Of a stretch of 3,432 bases of DNA, positions 1 through 3,432 are shown one piece after another. Both the position numbers and the translations under genes were made by a program. Under the pieces are notes generated by a model that had not been told where the DNA came from, searched no databases, and was given only the letters and a program-made list of their open reading frames with translations. The stretch is from the sequence record KU159289.1; one strand, 5' to 3'. The first letter of the stretch is position 1. Every line of letters begins with the position of its first letter. Source of the DNA: Escherichia phage DT571/2.

Positions 1-120
1 ATGGCACTTAAAACTAAAATTATTGTACAGCAGATTCTGAACATAGATGACACTACAACTACTGCTAGTAAGTATCCTAAATATACAGTAGTTTTAGGTA
101 ATTCTATTAGTTCTATTACT
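1..120 (+). other. N-terminal module (aa 1-40), putative virion attachment region of the fibre
   Basis: Non-repetitive, hydrophobic-rich segment MALKTKIIVQQILNIDDTTTTASKYPKYTVVLGNSISSIT that precedes the low-complexity shaft. In modular tail fibres the N-terminus is the conserved part that docks to the tail. The assignment is by position and analogy only. Confidence 0.4.
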
Positions 121-3100
121 GCTGGTGAATTAACTGCTGCTGTAGAGGCCTCTGCAGGATCCGCTGCTGCTGCTAGAGGTTCTGAAATAGCAGCTAAGGA
201 CTCTGAAAATAACGCTAAAGATTCAGAGATTCAGGCGGGTATTCATGCTGGTGCTTCCGAAGCTTCAGCAACTCAATCTGCTGCCTCTGCTACTGAGTCA
301 GAAAGACAGGCGGGTTTAGCCCAAAGCAGTGCAGATAATTCTGCAGCTTCTGCGCAAGAATCAGAGGGATTTAGAGACTCTGCAGAATTGGCAGCGCAGA
401 ATGCTGAACAAAGTCGTTTACTAGCTGAACAAGCTAAAACAGCTGCGCAACAAGCTCAAATAGCCGCAGAAGCTGCTAAGACTGGTGCTGAAACAGCTAA
501 AGATGGAGCTGATGCTGCTGCTACCACTGCTGGCGAACATGCTGCTGCTGCAAGGCAATCAGAACTAAACGCTAAGATTTCTGAAACTAATGCTGCTGGT
601 TCTGCTACTGAAGCCGGTGATAAAGCTATCGATGCTACTACTGAGGCAGATCGTGCTAAAGCTGAGGCAGATCGTGCAACTCAGATTGTTGATAGTAAAC
701 TTGATAAAGTAGATATTTCTGGTTTTATCAAAGTTTATAAGACTAAAGCAGAAGCTGATGCCGATGTTGTAAACCGTGTGCTAGACGAAAAGGTTCTAGT
801 CTGGAACCAAACTAACTCAAAATTTGGGTGGTACAAAGTAGCTGGAACTGCTGAGACTCCAGTATTAGAGTTAGTAGAAACAGAGCAAAAGTTAGTTTCT
901 GTTAATAACGTTCGTGCAGATGATGGGGGTAACGTACAGATCACCCTTCCTGGTGGTAACCCCTCTTTATGGCTGGGTGAAGTTACTTGGTTCCCTTATG
1001 ATAAAGATTCAGGTGTTGGCTACCCTGGTGTTCTTCCTGCTGATGGTCGTGAAGTTCTTCGTGCAGACTATCCAGATACTTGGGAGGCTATTGAGGCTGG
1101 CTTAATTCCTTCTGTACCAGAAGCTGAATGGCAAGCCGGTGCGTCTCTTTACTTCTCTACGGGTGATGGCTCTACAACCTTCCGTCTACCAGATATGATG
1201 CAAGGACAGGCATTCCGTGCACCAACTAAAGGCGAAGAAGATGCTGGCGTTATTAAAGATCAGATTCCTTATGTTGTGACAGTTAATGGTATCTCTCCAG
1301 ATGATATAACTGGTAACGTTGAAATTGATACCTCACTACAAGGTACTGTTAGTATTAATCAAGGCGGTACTGGTGCAACAACTAAAGAAGACGCCCGTAT
1401 AGCCCTCGAGTTATATAGTACTACGGAGGTTGATTCTGCTTTAGCAGATAAGGCTGATATTGCTACCACGTATACTAAGATGGAGGTTGATTCTGCTTTA
1501 GCAGATAAGGCTGATATTGCTACCACGTATACTAAGATGGAGGTTGATTCTGCTTTAGCAGATAAGGCTGATATTGCTACCACGTATACTAAGATGGAGG
1601 TTGATTCTGCTTTAGCAGACGCTAAAACTCAGTCAGATACTGATTACTTATTAAAAGCTAATAACCTTTCGGATTTGGCAGACCGTGCTGCCGCATGGCT
1701 TAACGTGCGACCCGTTGGTTCAACGCCGCTGGCTGGTGATCCTGTTGGCGACTACGATGCTGTTACTAAGCGTTGGGTAGAGAATAAGATTAACACCGGT
1801 ACAGTAGGGCCAACAATGAATGGTGTCATGAACTATGGGGTAGGTGACTTTCACCTGCGGGATAGTCGCGCATACATTCAGCCGTACGAGGTGGTGAGTG
1901 ATGGTCAGTTGTTGAATCGTGCTGACTGGCCCGAACTCTGGGCGTATGCGCAAATGCTATCGCCAATTAGTGACGCTACCTGGCTGGCTAACCCAAATCA
2001 GCGCGGCAAGTATTCTACTGGTGACGGCACAACGACCTTCCGAGTGCCAGACCGTAATGGTGTTCAGCCTGGGTCAATATTCGGCTTGTTCTGCCGGGGG
2101 GACGGCGGGCAAAGTGGCAACGATGGGTATATCTACGAATCAGGAGCACCTAACATCACAGGCCGCGTCGAATTACACGGCGGCGGGTCCGCAAGTATTA
2201 TCAACGGTGAAAGTGGCGCGTTCCATGGGTCTGGTGGCGCGGATTCGCAATATCGGACGCCAAGCAACCTAACTGTTAGTAACGGCGCGGTCTCCTACGG
2301 CATCATTAACCTGGACGCCTCGAGGGTCAGCGCGATCTATGGTCGGACCGTAACGGAGTTGCGTCCAAATAACTTCATGGGTGTGTGGGTTATTCGAGCG
2401 TCAGGCGGGTTCGTGGCGGCGAATACGTCTTGGAGTGTGATCAATGGTGATGCGACACGTCCAGCTGACGGCACAATTGCTCAAGGTGGTAACATATTCT
2501 CATTGTACAAGATTAGTGGCGCCAATGAGGCTGAAGCTAGTTTCTGTGCCCGTGCCGATATCGGCGGTAACTATTCTGCTCGTATTTCCGTAACGAACAG
2601 TACCACACAAAGAAGCGCGAATCTGGATTTTGACGAAACAGGTAAACTAACTATACCGAATAGTATAGTTGTGAACTCGGTGAACTCCGATTTTGACGGT
2701 GTATGTTGGGCGGATTCCGCCGATAAAGTACGCTGGCGTATGGGGATTAACGACGCTTCGGGCAATTTTAAGTTGCAATCATATGACGCGTCGGGCGCGT
2801 ACCGAGATACCGTCGTGGAGATCCCCGGAGCGGGAACAGGCGGAGTAGTGTGGGCCCGTGATATAACCATTCGCCCGACTACCGACGGTCCGGTGAAGTC
2901 TTTCGTTCTACACAACGCAAAAGATTCAGTCCCGGCTGGTAATTTCCGCACGATGTGGGATTCGGTTAATATCAATAGTAACCAGATCTATAAATATTTT
3001 GAGAAGGGAAACGGCACTGGCATTACAATCAACTGGCCTTCATCTGGTGGTGTTCTTGCCTTGCAAGGCACATCGGGGCGGGACTTTAAGAAAGATATTG

Positions 3101-3432
3101 TCAATGCAGACGTTACAGAAGCGGTTGCACGTATTGAACAAATGCGCATGGTGAACTACGTGTATAAGGACGATGTGCAGGAGCGCGTCCGCTTCGGCAT
3201 AATTGCCGAGGAGGCTGAAGCGATTGCACCTCAATACATCAAACATCGAGAAGAGACGTACGATGTGGAGGTGGACCCAGAGACTAACGCTATTATCGGT
3301 GGTAAGACCCGCGACAGGCCGTCGGTGGATGTAAACCCGATCGTTATGGATTTGATGGGTTGTGTGCAGTATCTCAATAAGCAAATCGAGGATTTGAAGG
3401 CAGAGATAGCCGCGCTGAAGGCAGCGAAATAA
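1..3432 (+). CDS. Phage long (L-shaped-like) tail fibre protein, 1,143 aa, with C-terminal intramolecular chaperone / autoproteolysis domain
   Basis: Single ORF spanning the whole window, ATG at 1-3 and TAA at 3430-3432, no in-frame stops. The translation shows an Ala/Ser/Glu-rich shaft, two tail-collar-like motifs (STGDGSTTFRLPD, STGDGTTTFRVPD), the L-S-D-L-A-D-R-A-A-A-W-L-N linker motif common in tail fibres, and a C-terminal chaperone-like domain ending in a heptad helix (QIEDLKAEIAALKAAK). The N-terminus (KYPKYTVVLGNSISSIT) resembles, from memory, that of phage T5 L-shaped tail fibre pb1; this is not verifiable here, so no gene symbol is assigned. The true start cannot be confirmed because there is no upstream sequence. 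Confidence 0.9.
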   Translation: MALKTKIIVQQILNIDDTTTTASKYPKYTVVLGNSISSITAGELTAAVEASAGSAAAARGSEIAAKDSENNAKDSEIQAGIHAGASEASATQSAASATESERQAGLAQSSADNSAASAQESEGFRDSAELAAQNAEQSRLLAEQAKTAAQQAQIAAEAAKTGAETAKDGADAAATTAGEHAAAARQSELNAKISETNAAGSATEAGDKAIDATTEADRAKAEADRATQIVDSKLDKVDISGFIKVYKTKAEADADVVNRVLDEKVLVWNQTNSKFGWYKVAGTAETPVLELVETEQKLVSVNNVRADDGGNVQITLPGGNPSLWLGEVTWFPYDKDSGVGYPGVLPADGREVLRADYPDTWEAIEAGLIPSVPEAEWQAGASLYFSTGDGSTTFRLPDMMQGQAFRAPTKGEEDAGVIKDQIPYVVTVNGISPDDITGNVEIDTSLQGTVSINQGGTGATTKEDARIALELYSTTEVDSALADKADIATTYTKMEVDSALADKADIATTYTKMEVDSALADKADIATTYTKMEVDSALADAKTQSDTDYLLKANNLSDLADRAAAWLNVRPVGSTPLAGDPVGDYDAVTKRWVENKINTGTVGPTMNGVMNYGVGDFHLRDSRAYIQPYEVVSDGQLLNRADWPELWAYAQMLSPISDATWLANPNQRGKYSTGDGTTTFRVPDRNGVQPGSIFGLFCRGDGGQSGNDGYIYESGAPNITGRVELHGGGSASIINGESGAFHGSGGADSQYRTPSNLTVSNGAVSYGIINLDASRVSAIYGRTVTELRPNNFMGVWVIRASGGFVAANTSWSVINGDATRPADGTIAQGGNIFSLYKISGANEAEASFCARADIGGNYSARISVTNSTTQRSANLDFDETGKLTIPNSIVVNSVNSDFDGVCWADSADKVRWRMGINDASGNFKLQSYDASGAYRDTVVEIPGAGTGGVVWARDITIRPTTDGPVKSFVLHNAKDSVPAGNFRTMWDSVNINSNQIYKYFEKGNGTGITINWPSSGGVLALQGTSGRDFKKDIVNADVTEAVARIEQMRMVNYVYKDDVQERVRFGIIAEEAEAIAPQYIKHREETYDVEVDPETNAIIGGKTRDRPSVDVNPIVMDLMGCVQYLNKQIEDLKAEIAALKAAK
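121..684 (+). other. Ala/Ser/Glu/Thr/Gln-rich low-complexity quasi-periodic shaft region (aa 41-228)
   Basis: Strong compositional bias visible in the translation (e.g. SAASATESERQAGLAQSSADNSAASAQESE, AEQAKTAAQQAQIAAEAAKTGAETAKDGADAAATTAGEHAAAA). It contains 21-nt (7-aa) periodic sub-repeats, e.g. gctaaggactctgaa at 193-207 vs gctaaagattcagag at 214-228, and the 16-nt exact direct repeat ctgaggcagatcgtgc at 641-656 and 662-677. Alanine is encoded almost entirely by GCT. Confidence 0.7.
964..1224 (+). other. Tail-collar-like domain 1 (aa ~322-408)
   Basis: The segment GVLPADGREVLRADYPDTWEAIEAG...YFSTGDGSTTFRLPDMMQGQAF fits the phage tail collar pattern as I recall it (c-d-G-x-x-L-x-x-x-x-Y-P-x-L-f-x-x-i-G ... 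G-d-G-x-t-t-F-x-L-P-D-l-r-G). Boundaries are approximate. Confidence 0.55.
1426..1619 (+). repeat. In-frame tandem direct repeat, 57-bp unit x 3 perfect copies + 23-bp partial fourth copy, encoding the 19-aa unit EVDSALADKADIATTYTKM
   Basis: Identical 57-nt units gaggttgattctgctttagcagataaggctgatattgctaccacgtatactaagatg at 1426-1482, 1483-1539 and 1540-1596, then a partial copy gaggttgattctgctttagcaga at 1597-1619. The sequence just upstream (YSTT, nt 1414-1425) looks like a degenerate edge of an older copy. Confidence 0.95.
1813..2070 (+). other. Tail-collar-like domain 2 (aa ~605-690)
   Basis: VVSDGQLLNRADWPELWAYAQ...KYSTGDGTTTFRVPDRNGVQPG repeats the same pattern as domain 1, but in the GC-rich codon style. 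Boundaries are approximate. Confidence 0.55.
2071..3075 (+). other. Gly/Ser/Asn-rich distal module, putative receptor-binding (host-range) domain (aa ~691-1025)
   Basis: Gly-rich beta-type composition (GDGGQSGNDGYIYESGAPNITGRVELHGGGSASIINGESGAFHGSGG ...) located immediately upstream of the predicted chaperone cleavage site. That position is where the distal receptor-binding domain sits in chaperone-dependent fibres. I recognise no catalytic motif. Confidence 0.45.
3076..3429 (+). other. C-terminal intramolecular chaperone / autoproteolytic domain (peptidase S74-like; aa 1026-1143), predicted to be released after cleavage following Ser1025
   Basis: Ser1025 (tcg, 3073-3075) and Lys1030 (aag, 3088-3090) have the S-x4-K spacing of the Ser/Lys dyad of endosialidase-type chaperone domains. 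They are followed by DIVNADVTEAVARIEQMRMVNYVYKDD, an acidic/hydrophobic core and a terminal heptad helix LNKQIEDLKAEIAALKAAK. Recognised from memory of the family, not from an HMM search. Confidence 0.65.

Noticed and set aside
1359-1583. Reverse-strand 74-aa ORF with an internally repetitive translation
   Set aside because: It lies entirely antisense to the tandem 57-bp repeats of the fibre gene, and its repetitiveness is just the mirror image of that repeat. There is no independent coding signal.
1481-1603. GGAGG Shine-Dalgarno-like sequences in each repeat copy (atggaggtt) as internal translation starts
   Set aside because: They arise from the Met-Glu-Val codons of the repeat. No suitably spaced in-frame start codon follows that would give a sensible product, so this is most likely incidental.
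1426-1619. Possible CRISPR array, suggested by the regularly spaced identical repeats
   Set aside because: The repeats are directly adjacent with no spacers, have a 57-bp unit, and are in frame within a coding sequence.
914-2272. Alternative-frame + strand ORFs (914-1105, 1919-2272)
   Set aside because: Out-of-frame overlaps within the main CDS with low-complexity or implausible translations. There is no evidence of frameshifting or of a nested gene.
2071-3075. Diversity-generating retroelement variable region at the fibre tip
   Set aside because: No template repeat or reverse transcriptase is present in the window for comparison, and the C-terminus is a chaperone domain rather than the lectin-type fold that usually carries such a region. 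It cannot be supported from this sequence.
735-3384. Other short reverse-strand ORFs (735-944, 1720-1953, 2571-2975, 3040-3384)
   Set aside because: All are fully embedded antisense within a long, well-supported structural gene. Antisense ORFs of 70-130 codons are expected by chance, especially in the GC-richer half, and none has a recognisable motif.
1-3432. A multi-gene novel system (defence, toxin or similar)
   Set aside because: The window is fully occupied by one structural gene. Nothing in it suggests an additional gene or a non-structural function beyond the self-cleaving chaperone domain.

Overview
The whole 3,432-nt window is a single uninterrupted + strand ORF (ATG at 1, TAA at 3430-3432) encoding a 1,143-aa modular phage tail fibre protein. 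I see no second gene, RNA gene, CRISPR array or mobile element, and no multi-gene system; because the window is cut at the gene boundaries, promoter, RBS and terminator cannot be assessed. Read from the translation, the architecture is: a short N-terminal module (aa 1-40), an Ala/Ser/Glu-rich quasi-periodic shaft (aa 41-228), two separate tail-collar-like domains with the G-D-G-x-T-T-F-R-(L/V)-P-D signature (aa ~322-408 and ~605-690), three perfect 57-bp tandem repeats plus a partial fourth (nt 1426-1619), a Gly-rich distal module that is probably the receptor-binding domain (aa ~690-1025), and a C-terminal domain resembling the self-cleaving intramolecular chaperone of endosialidases and T5-type L-shaped tail fibres (aa 1026-1143). 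The most notable signal is an abrupt change in base composition and codon usage at about nt 1680, inside a conserved L-S-D-L linker motif: the proximal half is AT-rich with GCT/GGT/CGT codons, the distal half GC-richer with GCG/GGC/CGG codons. This suggests a chimeric fibre whose distal half was acquired by recombination. All family assignments are from motif recognition and memory, not from a search.
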